Virus record (IMG/VR): IMGVR_UViG_3300021255_004000
Location: 96,001 to 160,000 of that record
Reading direction: 5' to 3' (one strand)
Length of the DNA: 64,000 nucleotides
DNA from: a virus
Taxonomy: Duplodnaviria; Caudoviricetes
Part shown: piece after piece, positions 15,666-25,188 of the stretch
Layout of the letters: each line of letters opens with the position of its first letter
How positions within the stretch are numbered: position 1 is the first letter of the stretch
The notes under the pieces: generated by a model
Database searches by the model: none
What the model was told of the DNA's origin: nothing
Seen by the model: only the letters and a program-made list of their open reading frames with translations
Program-made: the position numbers and the translations under genes

Positions 15666-17070
15666 TAGAATCCTCCACAGGAATCATTGACATTATAGCG
15701 GGATCAAAGAGATACTTACCGATGATGCCGACCTGTCCTTGGTTTTGTTTCAACATTGAAACTTCACAATAATCAGGCATATCTTTCCACAAGTCTTTAT
15801 CTTCAATCATCTGTTCAGCATAGTACTTTGCTCGGAATAAACCGATTGCCCAACGAACGCGTTCAAGGAATGCACCTGAGTTTTTGATTTGATTTCTTAC
15901 AGGACGGAACTTTTTCAAGTCATCAAGATCATCTGCACGGCCTTCGCCTTCACCCTTACGATTCATCTGAAGAACAGCAATGTAATGGAAGCCAAGTTCC
16001 TTTGCCATAGCATTAAGGATGTTGATTGCAACTTCAATACCTTGTGCGAAGTTCATACCTTTATCATCAGTAATCATAAACTCTTTAACCATTGAAAGAA
16101 GGTCAAATACAACAATGCAGTACTCCTGACCAATGTCCTGCTGAAACTTTTTAATGTCCTGCTTAATCTGTGTCAAAGAAATTGAAGCACATTCAGAAAA
16201 GCGGAAGTTTGGATTCTGTTTCAAAATATCAAACTGAGCTTTAATCTGATCTTTAATCATTTGCCAAGTTTCTTGGTCAGCAGGGTTTACAAGATCTTCC
16301 ATATCGATGTTACTTCTCAAAGCCATCATACGGTCAAATGTATCAGTTTCACCCATTTCCAAAGAATAGTACATTAAAGGAACTCTTTGATTGATACAAC
16401 GGTTGATTAAGTTAAGACAGAAAGCAGACTTACCCATACCTGTTGCAGCAGCAATCAAACCACCGCTTCCTGGTGCAGGTCCATACTTAACTGCTTTATC
16501 CAAAATAGGATCACCAAACTTATACTGTTTGCCGTTCTTACGAGCTTCAAAGTTTTCAAGATATGACTGCTCAACTTCATCAAAAGTTTTGATTCTTGCT
16601 TTCTTTGCAATCGGCATCAATTCATTTTCTGCCTGATAAAGCAAGTTACGAATCTTTTCGTTATCAGCTTCGCTTCTTAAAGGATTTGAATTGATAATCT
16701 TTTTAACTTTCTCAAGATAATCAAGTCCTTTCAAAGAACAAGCAGTATCCTGAAGCATTTCAACTGCATCTTTGATAACAACATTTGGGTCAGTATTTAC
16801 ATTTATAAATGCCTGAATAAAGTCAGGTGTAACATTGATGTTACGAGCAGATGCATCTTGAAAGATTGCATTTTTTGATTGTGGAATGCCTGCTGCATTC
16901 AACTTCTGCATTGCATCAAAAGTATCTTTACAAGTTTCGTGAACAAAGACATCTCTTTCAACACCAGTCTCAAGGAAGTTTTGTGGATTTAAGTAAAGAG
17001 CATTTAACAAGCGGTACTCTGCAATAAGTACTGGGTTCTGCTCATCAAGATTTTCAACATTTCTGTTCAT
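15646..17070 (-). CDS. dnaB: DnaB-like replicative helicase
   Basis: AAATGMGKS Walker A, YSLEM, VFDLL, LQMNR, KQNQG; DnaB N-domain. Confidence 0.92.
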   Translation of the reverse strand: MNRNVENLDEQNPVLIAEYRLLNALYLNPQNFLETGVERDVFVHETCKDTFDAMQKLNAAGIPQSKNAIFQDASARNINVTPDFIQAFINVNTDPNVVIKDAVEMLQDTACSLKGLDYLEKVKKIINSNPLRSEADNEKIRNLLYQAENELMPIAKKARIKTFDEVEQSYLENFEARKNGKQYKFGDPILDKAVKYGPAPGSGGLIAAATGMGKSAFCLNLINRCINQRVPLMYYSLEMGETDTFDRMMALRSNIDMEDLVNPADQETWQMIKDQIKAQFDILKQNPNFRFSECASISLTQIKQDIKKFQQDIGQEYCIVVFDLLSMVKEFMITDDKGMNFAQGIEVAINILNAMAKELGFHYIAVLQMNRKGEGEGRADDLDDLKKFRPVRNQIKNSGAFLERVRWAIGLFRAKYYAEQMIEDKDLWKDMPDYCEVSMLKQNQGQVGIIGKYLFDPAIMSMIPVEDSNADDEA

Positions 17071-17090
17071 AAAATTATATTAACTCCCAA

Positions 17091-17840
17091 TTAGAAAAGT
17101 GAACCGTCAAATTCCTTAGTTGTTGACTGCATATAGTTGTCCAAGAACTGAAGATAACAATTATGCAACATAACTTCTCTTTCAACGAAGTCCTGAATTG
17201 AATGACTTAAGCCGTTTGCTTCAATGTTTTTGATTTCAACATTACTTACAAAAAAGATACCTTTGTTTAAGGCGCCTACACGACGACGAATCCAAGAGTC
17301 AATGTAACTCAACTGATAGCCTGACTTCCAAAGTTTCATCTTCTCTTTATCGAAAGATTCATCAATGATAATCAAATCAGTTTCTTCGAGCTTCTCAACC
17401 ATCGCTTTTGCTTTTTCAGCTTTTTCCTGATTGAAATCTTCAGCATCCATCAACAACTTTACAAGGTCATTCATCAACATATAACGAACAGAATAACCTT
17501 TGTCAAGCAGCTGATGTCCAACCCAAGACATCATTGTCGTTTTCTGAGTTCCGTTTGGTCCGTAAAGATAACAAACCAAAGAACGAACTGCTGGGTTTTT
17601 ATCAAACTGCTCAACATAATTGATGATACGGTCTTTGTCTTTAATCGACTTTGTACCTGCATAAGTGCGAGGATTGTAATTGTAATGTCTTGTGTCAAAG
17701 CCGTTGTGCTTGTAAGTTTTTTCAACTGTGTTTTCGTGATCCCACTTTTTGTGGCATTCACATTCAACCGCAACCATACCATCATTGGTCATTTTATAAA
17801 GCCAACCATTATTGCACTTTCTGCAAGGTACAAATTCCAT
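17091..17840 (-). CDS. DnaC/DnaI-like helicase loader
   Basis: CxxC..CxC zinc module, GPNGTQKT, LIIIDE, adjacent to dnaB. Confidence 0.8.
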   Translation of the reverse strand: MEFVPCRKCNNGWLYKMTNDGMVAVECECHKKWDHENTVEKTYKHNGFDTRHYNYNPRTYAGTKSIKDKDRIINYVEQFDKNPAVRSLVCYLYGPNGTQKTTMMSWVGHQLLDKGYSVRYMLMNDLVKLLMDAEDFNQEKAEKAKAMVEKLEETDLIIIDESFDKEKMKLWKSGYQLSYIDSWIRRRVGALNKGIFFVSNVEIKNIEANGLSHSIQDFVEREVMLHNCYLQFLDNYMQSTTKEFDGSLF

Positions 17841-18667
17841 TAAAAAGAACCTCCACTTTCATTGCTTGTTGCAACATTTTGAAAATATTGTCTGCTTTCA
17901 ACAAACTTCTTTAAGTCATCGTAGTGACGATCATATATATGCATTGAGTCACTTGTCCAAATAATTGTTCCGACTTCAAGATCAGGATATGTTGATTTCA
18001 AATCTTCATACATATTCTGATAAACGAAACAGTTCCAAGCAAGGTCTGAACAAATGAAACCATAACGAATATCGTTACTTCTCATATTGTGAACCATATA
18101 AAGTTTGTTGTTTCTGATAAAGAAGTGAGAATACATTGTGCAAATCATATCGTGCATTCCGTCACGCTTATAATCTTTGTAGATTTCGGGGCGGTTATAC
18201 ACAATGATAGCGTTTCTTGTTGTTTTGTCTTTTTTCAAAACTTCAAGGCAGTTGTCATACTGTGAACCATTCTCTTCACTGAAAACACACCAGCCATAAT
18301 TGCTGTTGATTTCTTTCTTTTCATCTTTTGTGCAGCACGACTGCCAGGTATGATTTGTTTCAATTCCTTCGTGACCAATGATACTTAAGTCCATTGACTT
18401 GTACCATTCAAGTTCAGACTTTACATACTTCTTTGGTGTTTGAAAACTTTTGTCAAGATAGATGTAAGGAGCATAAGGGTCAAGCTGAATTGTTTTTGCA
18501 AGCAATTCCACATAAGAACTCTGCCCATCAACTTGTGATGCATTTGCACCTGTTTTTACAACATCGTTGTTCATTACTTTGTAAAAAAGTGAATAAAGCA
18601 AATCACGAACAACGATGTCATTGTTACGATTTTTCTCAATCGGTTCTTCAACCGTAAATGTTCTCAT
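17840..18667 (-). CDS. dCMP hydroxymethylase-like (T4 gp42 family, thymidylate synthase fold)
   Basis: ELEWYKS, EINSNYGW, DGMHDMICT, MRSND..GF..SDLAW (Asp at specificity position), SMHIYDRH; start moved to MRTFT. Confidence 0.85.
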   Translation of the reverse strand: MRTFTVEEPIEKNRNNDIVVRDLLYSLFYKVMNNDVVKTGANASQVDGQSSYVELLAKTIQLDPYAPYIYLDKSFQTPKKYVKSELEWYKSMDLSIIGHEGIETNHTWQSCCTKDEKKEINSNYGWCVFSEENGSQYDNCLEVLKKDKTTRNAIIVYNRPEIYKDYKRDGMHDMICTMYSHFFIRNNKLYMVHNMRSNDIRYGFICSDLAWNCFVYQNMYEDLKSTYPDLEVGTIIWTSDSMHIYDRHYDDLKKFVESRQYFQNVATSNESGGSF

Positions 18668-18686
18668 TTGAACCTCCAATAAAATA

Positions 18687-18935
18687 TTAACTGATTTTGA
18701 CTTCCATTCCGTCAAAACATACGGGCCAGAAGTCAAGACACAGTTGAACATCTTCATATGAAAGTTCGATTTCTTTCCCCGCCATAAAGGCGTCCATTTC
18801 AAAGATATGAAGAACTCTTTCTAATTCTCTTCTAACTTCATTATCGCCCCATAAAGAAATATAGTGTTTAAGCGTGTCGATTGCATTAAAGATGTTTACC
18901 ATATTTCTTTCTGGAGTAGTGTCAGTTATAATCAT
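18687..18935 (-). CDS. hypothetical protein, paralog of C-terminus of next gene
   Basis: QLCLDFWPVCFDGMEVK. Confidence 0.65.
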   Translation of the reverse strand: MIITDTTPERNMVNIFNAIDTLKHYISLWGDNEVRRELERVLHIFEMDAFMAGKEIELSYEDVQLCLDFWPVCFDGMEVKIS

Positions 18936-19534
18936 TTTTTAGTTGCCTTTGGTTTTGATACTTCAAAGTAATCTGCACCATTTTCTTCGTCATCAGGAAT
19001 GCCATTTCCATTGTCATCAACTTTACAGTCAATTCCATCAAACATTGCAGGCCAAAAGTCGATACATTGCTCAAAGAAACGAGTGTTCAACATAACTTTC
19101 TTCTGAACAAGATACTGCTTTGACTGCAAAACTTTTAAGATTGCTTTATACAACTTAACTTTTCGTTCATCAGAAGAAGTTGAAATCTTTCTTTCAAGTT
19201 CAGCAACAGCTCTGTCATAAGGACGATTTGGCTTGATGTCATATTCCATTGCTTTTTTCTGTGCAGCAAGTTTCATTGCTTCTTGGCGTTTTAATTCCAT
19301 TTCCTGCTTAAGTTTCTGTTCAACAAGACGAAGTTGTCGATCCTTTTCTCTTCGCATTTTGTCATATTCTTTTTCTTTCTTGTACATTATTGCAAAAAAG
19401 ACCATAAAGATAAATGCGACTCCTGATGGTATAGCCATCGTAAATGGAATAATTTCAAATAATGAACAAGAAACTCCAACTACGCCTAAGATACCAAAGA
19501 TAATACTTGTCACTAACATTGATGTCATTTGCAA
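18932..19534 (-). CDS. membrane protein (2 TM, coiled coil, DFWP domain)
   Basis: N-terminal TMs; EQCIDFWPAMFDGIDCK. Confidence 0.7.
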   Translation of the reverse strand: MQMTSMLVTSIIFGILGVVGVSCSLFEIIPFTMAIPSGVAFIFMVFFAIMYKKEKEYDKMRREKDRQLRLVEQKLKQEMELKRQEAMKLAAQKKAMEYDIKPNRPYDRAVAELERKISTSSDERKVKLYKAILKVLQSKQYLVQKKVMLNTRFFEQCIDFWPAMFDGIDCKVDDNGNGIPDDEENGADYFEVSKPKATKK

Positions 19535-19550
19535 CTCCTTAAAAACATGG

Positions 19551-19577
19551 GCGGTTGAGCCCTTAAACTCAACCGCA
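19551..19577. terminator. intergenic hairpin/terminator
   Basis: gcggttgag/ctcaaccgc. Confidence 0.6.
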
Positions 19578-19588
19578 TTTATTCAACC

Positions 19589-20590
19589 TTATTTATTTGG
19601 CTGCATCAAATCTCGAACCGAACCGAGTGCTTTCAAATCCTGAACTACAACTGTATCAGGAACAGGAGCATATTTACCCTGCTTAATTGCTTCAGCCTGA
19701 GCCTGTGCAATAATCTTGGTGTTTTCGATTTCCTGTTCACCTCTCTTGCGTTTCAACTCAAGATCAAGGGTGGAAGCTTTAGCTCGAGCAACATCTGCTT
19801 CAATGTTTGCTTCTTTAATCTTATTCTGACGCTGTGCTTCGATTAAGTCGGCCTTCTGATGTTCAAGAACAATCTGTGCCTGTACTTTTGCCTGTTCGTC
19901 AATGTTTGACTGCAAAGTTGTATCATCATAAACTAAGCCATCGACGATTGCCAACTGGTCAATAGTAATACCCTGTCCTGCAAAATGTTCCTTAGTCTTT
20001 GTAACAGCATCTGACAAGATTACATCGCGCATTTTCGCAACATCTTTGTACTCAACTGTATGGAATGCCTTACCTGCTTCCTGGGCAAAGTAACGGTTTA
20101 TCTGTGTATCAATTACCGACTGGAAGTCAACTGCTTTGTAGTAACTTAAGTATAGAGCTGCATCTTCAGGCTTAATTCGTACGGTGTACGACATAGGAAT
20201 TGTAATGCCCTGTGAAGCTGCTGTTTCAACTTTAATTGCATTCTTTTCATTCTGTAACCAGTTACCTGAACGCGGTGTTAAGTCGACTGTGATTACACGA
20301 ACTGTACCTTTGTAATAACCAGAGCGAGCAAAGCGGCCTGTCTTAATCCACTTGTGCGGAATCTGAATGAGTTTGCTTGAAACCAAGTGGTTCTGATAAA
20401 ACTCAACATTTTCGTTCAACTGAACCTGATCTTCTGTTTTCACATTTTCATCAGTGAACATTGGGATTACGAAGGCGGTCTCATTAGGACCAACTTCCAC
20501 ATACTCAGGCTTGTCGTAAGGACGAACACAACCTGTAAACGATACTGTCATTGCAACAAGCAATGCGAATACGAATGACAACTTTTTCAT
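19589..20590 (-). CDS. SPFH/band-7 family lipoprotein
   Basis: SFTGC lipobox, EVGPNETAF, GITID.L, AE-rich coiled coil. Confidence 0.75.
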   Translation of the reverse strand: MKKLSFVFALLVAMTVSFTGCVRPYDKPEYVEVGPNETAFVIPMFTDENVKTEDQVQLNENVEFYQNHLVSSKLIQIPHKWIKTGRFARSGYYKGTVRVITVDLTPRSGNWLQNEKNAIKVETAASQGITIPMSYTVRIKPEDAALYLSYYKAVDFQSVIDTQINRYFAQEAGKAFHTVEYKDVAKMRDVILSDAVTKTKEHFAGQGITIDQLAIVDGLVYDDTTLQSNIDEQAKVQAQIVLEHQKADLIEAQRQNKIKEANIEADVARAKASTLDLELKRKRGEQEIENTKIIAQAQAEAIKQGKYAPVPDTVVVQDLKALGSVRDLMQPNK

Positions 20591-20613
20591 TCATATACCT
20601 CCAAAAAATTGTT

Positions 20614-20997
20614 TTATTTTTTCGGCTTTACACGACCTTTATTAAAGGTGTCCTTAGCCGTGGTATAATATGTATAGGCTTGTGAGTCTTGGGTATAGGA
20701 ACTATCCTCAGTAAACCACAAAGCAAATATAACATATTTTTCTGTTTTCCATTCACCAGGTGCTTTGTCATTTCCTGGGTAGTACAACAGAAACAGGTAC
20801 CCATTGTCACCTGCCTTTGTTTCAAGCAGCTTTGCATTTGTTGAAAACTGCTGCGGAACAACCTGTTCTGTAACAGGTGCGGGCTTCTCAATTGGACTTT
20901 TGTTTTCCCAAGGGTAGTACTCTTTTGAGGGCTCACAGGAAACAAAAAGTCCAACAAGCAGTGTTGCAAAAAGCAACTTAATTGTCTTTGTCTTCAT
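20614..20997 (-). CDS. lipoprotein
   Basis: LFVSC lipobox. Confidence 0.7.
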   Translation of the reverse strand: MKTKTIKLLFATLLVGLFVSCEPSKEYYPWENKSPIEKPAPVTEQVVPQQFSTNAKLLETKAGDNGYLFLLYYPGNDKAPGEWKTEKYVIFALWFTEDSSYTQDSQAYTYYTTAKDTFNKGRVKPKK

Positions 20998-21283
20998 CGA
21001 TCTTGTCCTTGATATATCTTACTACAAGATCTGCTGCTCTGACTGCAAAACATATTGTGATAATCACGAAGATAACCGCAGCGATGTGTGGCAGGCTTGC
21101 AGTATAAGTTGCAACTGCATTGCTGCCGTTTTTCAAACCTTCAATTACTGCAGCCGTCTGGGCATTGTTCTGAACAAAAGTTTCAGCAAGCGGGGCGGCA
21201 GAACCGAAGAGCAAAGCAAGAACTGTATTAAGAATTACTTTCACTTTCGGAAACTTTTTCGTTTCCTTCTGATTTTTTGACAT
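20978..21283 (-). CDS. membrane protein (SPFH operon)
   Basis: Two hydrophobic helices. Confidence 0.65.
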   Translation of the reverse strand: MSKNQKETKKFPKVKVILNTVLALLFGSAAPLAETFVQNNAQTAAVIEGLKNGSNAVATYTASLPHIAAVIFVIITICFAVRAADLVVRYIKDKIDEDKDN

Positions 21284-21617
21284 CAGCTTTCTCCTTTTCA
21301 ATTAAATTAACAATATATGTTCTTTCCAAGACTTTTTCAAACCATCTGCAGTACCAAAGTCCTGCGGCAACAAAAACAGCAAGAGATATGAATATTGCGA
21401 TAAGTCCTGCAACGGCTCCGCGTCCTTTTGCAACTTCAAGTGCAACATCTGCAACAAGATCAGCAACAAGGAATGTGTACCATCCTGTCCATCGTTCCCA
21501 GAAGCTCACTTTTCGTTTGGAAATGCCGACTGAAGCAACTTTGTACTTATCGTCATTCTCGTTTTCATTCATAGCATCGATTGACTGCTGAGTCAACATC
21601 TGCAATCTTTCTTCCAT
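21228..21617 (-). CDS. membrane protein
   Basis: Two TM segments, GGAGG RBS. Confidence 0.65.
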   Translation of the reverse strand: MEERLQMLTQQSIDAMNENENDDKYKVASVGISKRKVSFWERWTGWYTFLVADLVADVALEVAKGRGAVAGLIAIFISLAVFVAAGLWYCRWFEKVLERTYIVNLIEKEKADVKKSEGNEKVSESESNS

Positions 21618-21629
21618 ATATCCTACCTC

Positions 21630-21965
21630 CTAGTAGTCAGCTCTTCTTTTTGCTTCCCAGATTTCCTGAAGCTCTTTGTAAGCTTTGTCTTCAATCATTT
21701 TTGCAACAGTGTAAGCGCAGCTGTATTTGATTGCACATTTGTTAAACTGATCTTTTATCCAATCTTCAGGAACTTTACCTTCCTCGAAGAAATAAGCTTT
21801 GTTGTTGTGGCCATTGAAAATTGCCTTACCGTTCTCAAGTTCAACAAGAGCAACACCGTTCTTCCATTCAAGGATGTTTACATAATGCCAGTCAAAAACA
21901 TCAGTGTAGGCGTAGAAGTCTCCAAAATCTTTAAACTGTTCTTCGGTATACTGTGCTTTTGCCAT
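21630..21965 (-). CDS. early hypothetical protein
   Basis: First gene under early promoter. Confidence 0.75.
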   Translation of the reverse strand: MAKAQYTEEQFKDFGDFYAYTDVFDWHYVNILEWKNGVALVELENGKAIFNGHNNKAYFFEEGKVPEDWIKDQFNKCAIKYSCAYTVAKMIEDKAYKELQEIWEAKRRADY

Positions 21966-21997
21966 AATTTGCTCCTTGTTGTTTGGTTTACAGTAAT

Positions 21998-22026
21998 AAT
22001 ATAAAAGAGGAGCGATAGAAGTTCAA
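21998..22026 (-). promoter_or_regulatory. early promoter copy 4
   Basis: TTGAAC-17-TATATT. Confidence 0.85.
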
Positions 22027-22337
22027 ATTTTTACATAAAAATTTTCTAATAATTTTTCATATTCAAAAACATCAAAATTGATACGAAGATTTCTTTCATC
22101 ATATGTTCCGTGGATTCTTATTCCGTCAGCGTAAAGATTCATAATAAGAGCATCACAAGAGTCTTTTTCATAGATCAATGCAAACTCTCTATCTGGTGTT
22201 TTCACTGACCATCCGCATTCGTTGTCTTTCAATCTTATCGGATACTTTTTGAGTTCTGAGAATTCTTTCTCTGTAATAAATCCGCACTGTTGCAAAACTG
22301 CTATAAAAGTTACAGCTTTAATAACTTCGTTTTCCAT
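22023..22337 (-). CDS. hypothetical protein, apparently leaderless
   Basis: GTTAATAT 6 nt before ATG. Confidence 0.65.
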   Translation of the reverse strand: MENEVIKAVTFIAVLQQCGFITEKEFSELKKYPIRLKDNECGWSVKTPDREFALIYEKDSCDALIMNLYADGIRIHGTYDERNLRINFDVFEYEKLLENFYVKI

Positions 22338-22348
22338 ATTAAAATATT

Positions 22349-22376
22349 AACGCCTGACCATTAAGATCAGGCGTTT
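22349..22376. terminator. intergenic hairpin/terminator
   Basis: aacgcctga/tcaggcgtt. Confidence 0.65.
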
Positions 22377-22408
22377 TATGTGGATATTTTTATTTCAACT
22401 CCAACTTA

Positions 22409-23917
22409 TTAGTTGAAGTGTTTTCCACAGCAAGGGCAAACTGAGAATGAGTTTGGCGAAAGCTGTCCACAACCGCCCTGGTCTGTAGGACAGTCGAGAA
22501 GTGAAGGAGCTGTGTCAGTCCATTCAATGTGGTTAAGTGTTCCATCAGAGTTGAGAATTACATCTTTGATGTAAGATTTCTGCTCTGTTGAAAGTTCATT
22601 GTAACCTTTGAGAACTGCAAGCTTTTCAGGAGTCAAACCTGAAGCAGGCGTTTCCTGAGCAACAGTTCTTGTTACTGGAGCAGCTTCCTGTACTGGAGCC
22701 ATATTGTCAAATGAAGGAGCAGCCTGTGTTGCAGGAGCAGCATCAGCAGCCGGAGCAGTTTCCTGTGCAGGAGTTTCAGCAGGAGCAGCGTTTGCAGCTG
22801 CAGCTTCTCTTGCAGCTTTTTCCTTTGCCCACTGTTCTGATTCCTCTTTTACAAGAGCCTGAAGGTCTTCATAAAAGTGGCTGTCTGCCTTCTTTCCTGC
22901 TTTCAAAGCGTCTTCATTGCAAGCAGCATCAATCAACTGAATTGTCTTTCCAAGGTACTTATCAATAGTATGATAAGATGTTACGCGGAAGTTTTCATCA
23001 AGATCGTAACGAGCATAATTCAATTCTTCAGCTGTCAAAGCAGGTTCCTGAGAAATGAACCTGTACTCAGCAGGGTCAATACCCATTGACTTATCAAGAT
23101 TTGCCTTGATAGCGGCAGGATTTGTAAATGCTGTACCGTTAAACATATTTGTTACAGTATCAAGCTTTTCACCTGTCTTTGTAATTACAACATCATACTT
23201 CTCCCAACCCATTTTGAAGTTGTTGCGAAGATTTGTAAGCGGACCAAAGAAGCCAAATGCGGGTACACCAAAGTCAGCGTATTCCTTTCCATCAGGTGTA
23301 ACATTTACATTCTTTGAAATCAACTTTGTGTGTTTATTTGTTTTACACCAGTCATCACGGCGGTCGATAACATTGATAAGCAACATTTCAGGACCTTTCC
23401 AACCGCGGGCATACATATAAGGCCATTTACCGTCAGCTTCTGTATAGCCGCCTTTGTTTACCTTTTCGTATACATCTGGGTGATTGATTTTGAATGTTTC
23501 GATAGGTTTGTTCTTTCCTGTAGCAGGATCTTTTACCCATTCCTTTGCATAAACCTTGTCAATGATTTTCCACATCAAGTGGTCCTGCTCAGGTTCATCA
23601 GCACGAAGCGGAAGGTAAAGATAGAAAACAGTTTTTCCGTCATCAGACTTTACTTTTGAGATATGCATAAACTTCATATCAGAAGGATTTGGGCGATGAG
23701 CCTTAAGGTCTTCTGCAACAAAGTTACCTACAAAGCGAACAATAGTTGGATGTTCTTTTGAAAGACCAACATACTTGATTGCTTCATACTCGCGTTTCTG
23801 ATAATTTGCGGAATTTTTCTTGCGTTCCTCTTCCTTCTTTTTTCTCTCGTCTTCAGAGGCAACCCAAGAGTTGAAGATGTCATCGTCGTTCGATGCAGTG
23901 AATTGTGTTTCGTTCAT
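22409..23917 (-). CDS. putative gp32-like ssDNA-binding protein with Ala/Pro linker and C-terminal zinc ribbon
   Basis: IVRFV, LINVIDR, YDVVITKTG resemble gp32-type SSBs; CP..GC..CPCC tail. Confidence 0.5.
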   Translation of the reverse strand: MNETQFTASNDDDIFNSWVASEDERKKKEEERKKNSANYQKREYEAIKYVGLSKEHPTIVRFVGNFVAEDLKAHRPNPSDMKFMHISKVKSDDGKTVFYLYLPLRADEPEQDHLMWKIIDKVYAKEWVKDPATGKNKPIETFKINHPDVYEKVNKGGYTEADGKWPYMYARGWKGPEMLLINVIDRRDDWCKTNKHTKLISKNVNVTPDGKEYADFGVPAFGFFGPLTNLRNNFKMGWEKYDVVITKTGEKLDTVTNMFNGTAFTNPAAIKANLDKSMGIDPAEYRFISQEPALTAEELNYARYDLDENFRVTSYHTIDKYLGKTIQLIDAACNEDALKAGKKADSHFYEDLQALVKEESEQWAKEKAAREAAAANAAPAETPAQETAPAADAAPATQAAPSFDNMAPVQEAAPVTRTVAQETPASGLTPEKLAVLKGYNELSTEQKSYIKDVILNSDGTLNHIEWTDTAPSLLDCPTDQGGCGQLSPNSFSVCPCCGKHFN

Positions 23918-24029
23918 TTATTTCTCCTATTTGACGCCTTGAACTTGGCATCTATAATTTATTTTATAACTGCTAGGCAGTTACTTGCAATTTTAATATT
24001 AACACTTACTTGTGTTTTATGAACAATAT

Positions 24030-24572
24030 TTAGTTATCTTTGTTCCAAGGTAAGCGCACTGTTGGAAGCTCTTCAAGACGCAAAGCATTTCTATCATACA
24101 GTGGACCTCTTTCAAGATAGTCATCAAAGTTGTCGTGAAAGTTTCTTTCAACACATCGTACAACATCATCGATTGCTCGCTGTTCCAAGTTATGGATTTC
24201 TGTTTCAGGAATTGTTCTAAGAGCCTCTCTTCTATTGAATAAAAAGCCTTTAGGAAGCATATCATCCAAAACTTTTACCATCTCATTGTAAAGTCGAATA
24301 ACCGTATGAAAGCCATTCTGATAACGAACAGCCATTCTGCTGTCCATTGCTTGTTCTTTTGCAAGTTCTTCTCTTTTAGCCTCAAGTTTTCGTGATTCCT
24401 GTTGAAGAGCTTTTTTAGCTTTTTCAAGTTCTGCAGGCTCTTCTGCAAGACGCCAAGTTTGCTTCTTAAGATGGTCATAACAATTATCACAAACTATTTC
24501 GCCTGTTGAAAACTCTTTATGAAAGTCTTTTGCTTCTTGTCCACAAAAGTCACAAACATACTTTATTGCCAT
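24030..24572 (-). CDS. zinc-finger coiled-coil protein
   Basis: CDFC..CDNC. Confidence 0.65.
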   Translation of the reverse strand: MAIKYVCDFCGQEAKDFHKEFSTGEIVCDNCYDHLKKQTWRLAEEPAELEKAKKALQQESRKLEAKREELAKEQAMDSRMAVRYQNGFHTVIRLYNEMVKVLDDMLPKGFLFNRREALRTIPETEIHNLEQRAIDDVVRCVERNFHDNFDDYLERGPLYDRNALRLEELPTVRLPWNKDN

Positions 24573-24575
24573 ATT

Positions 24576-24833
24576 TTACTCCACATAGAAGTGAGAAAGA
24601 AACTTTTCAACTTTATCATCGCGATAAAAGCAGTCATCATCTGTGCCGCGCAACTTATTGCACTCATCTGGGAAGAATGCATAATATGCGTTAAAGATAC
24701 ACTGACCCCATCTCCACTCTTTATATGTGTTTGCAAACTCCTGAGCTTTGCGATAAGCAGCGTTTGCAAGATCTTCATTTACTGTAAAAACAATCATATT
24801 ATCTCTCCCACTTAATAAATCGGGTTTCCCCAC
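24576..24833 (-). CDS. conserved small phage protein
   Basis: RWGQ..FN...DCFYRDD pattern. Confidence 0.65.
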   Translation of the reverse strand: MGKPDLLSGRDNMIVFTVNEDLANAAYRKAQEFANTYKEWRWGQCIFNAYYAFFPDECNKLRGTDDDCFYRDDKVEKFLSHFYVE

Positions 24834-25003
24834 TGTGTTACATCGATTTCAGCATAATCAGAAAGAGCGTCAACATTCTTTCCATAGGCATCCATCAACT
24901 TTATAAGCTTCTGCTTGTACTCTTCATTTATGAGTCCGTTGTTGAGAATGTCTTCATAAAGATTGTCAAACTCATCGTCACTCATTGTTTCTGGATTTTC
25001 CAT
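24812..25003 (-). CDS. small acidic protein
   Basis: GGGAG RBS before MENPE. Confidence 0.55.
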   Translation of the reverse strand: MENPETMSDDEFDNLYEDILNNGLINEEYKQKLIKLMDAYGKNVDALSDYAEIDVTQWGNPIY

Positions 25004-25188
25004 TATTCTGACTCCCAATAAAAAAGATTTAAGCAACGATTGCCTTCACAATCAGTGCTTGTTTCAATACTTAAAACATCGCACTTGCTTATTTGGTTTT
25101 TAACAATATACTCATTCAGTTTGTCTACAGCAGACTTGTTATCTGTACTCCAAAAAGTCACCTTCTTTATTGTCATCATATAGGACTC

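Noticed and set aside
17840-18802. Calling this gene thyA, with start at 18802
   Set aside because: Asp at the specificity position and gp42-type motifs; RBS and promoter support a start at 18667, and the extension overlaps another gene
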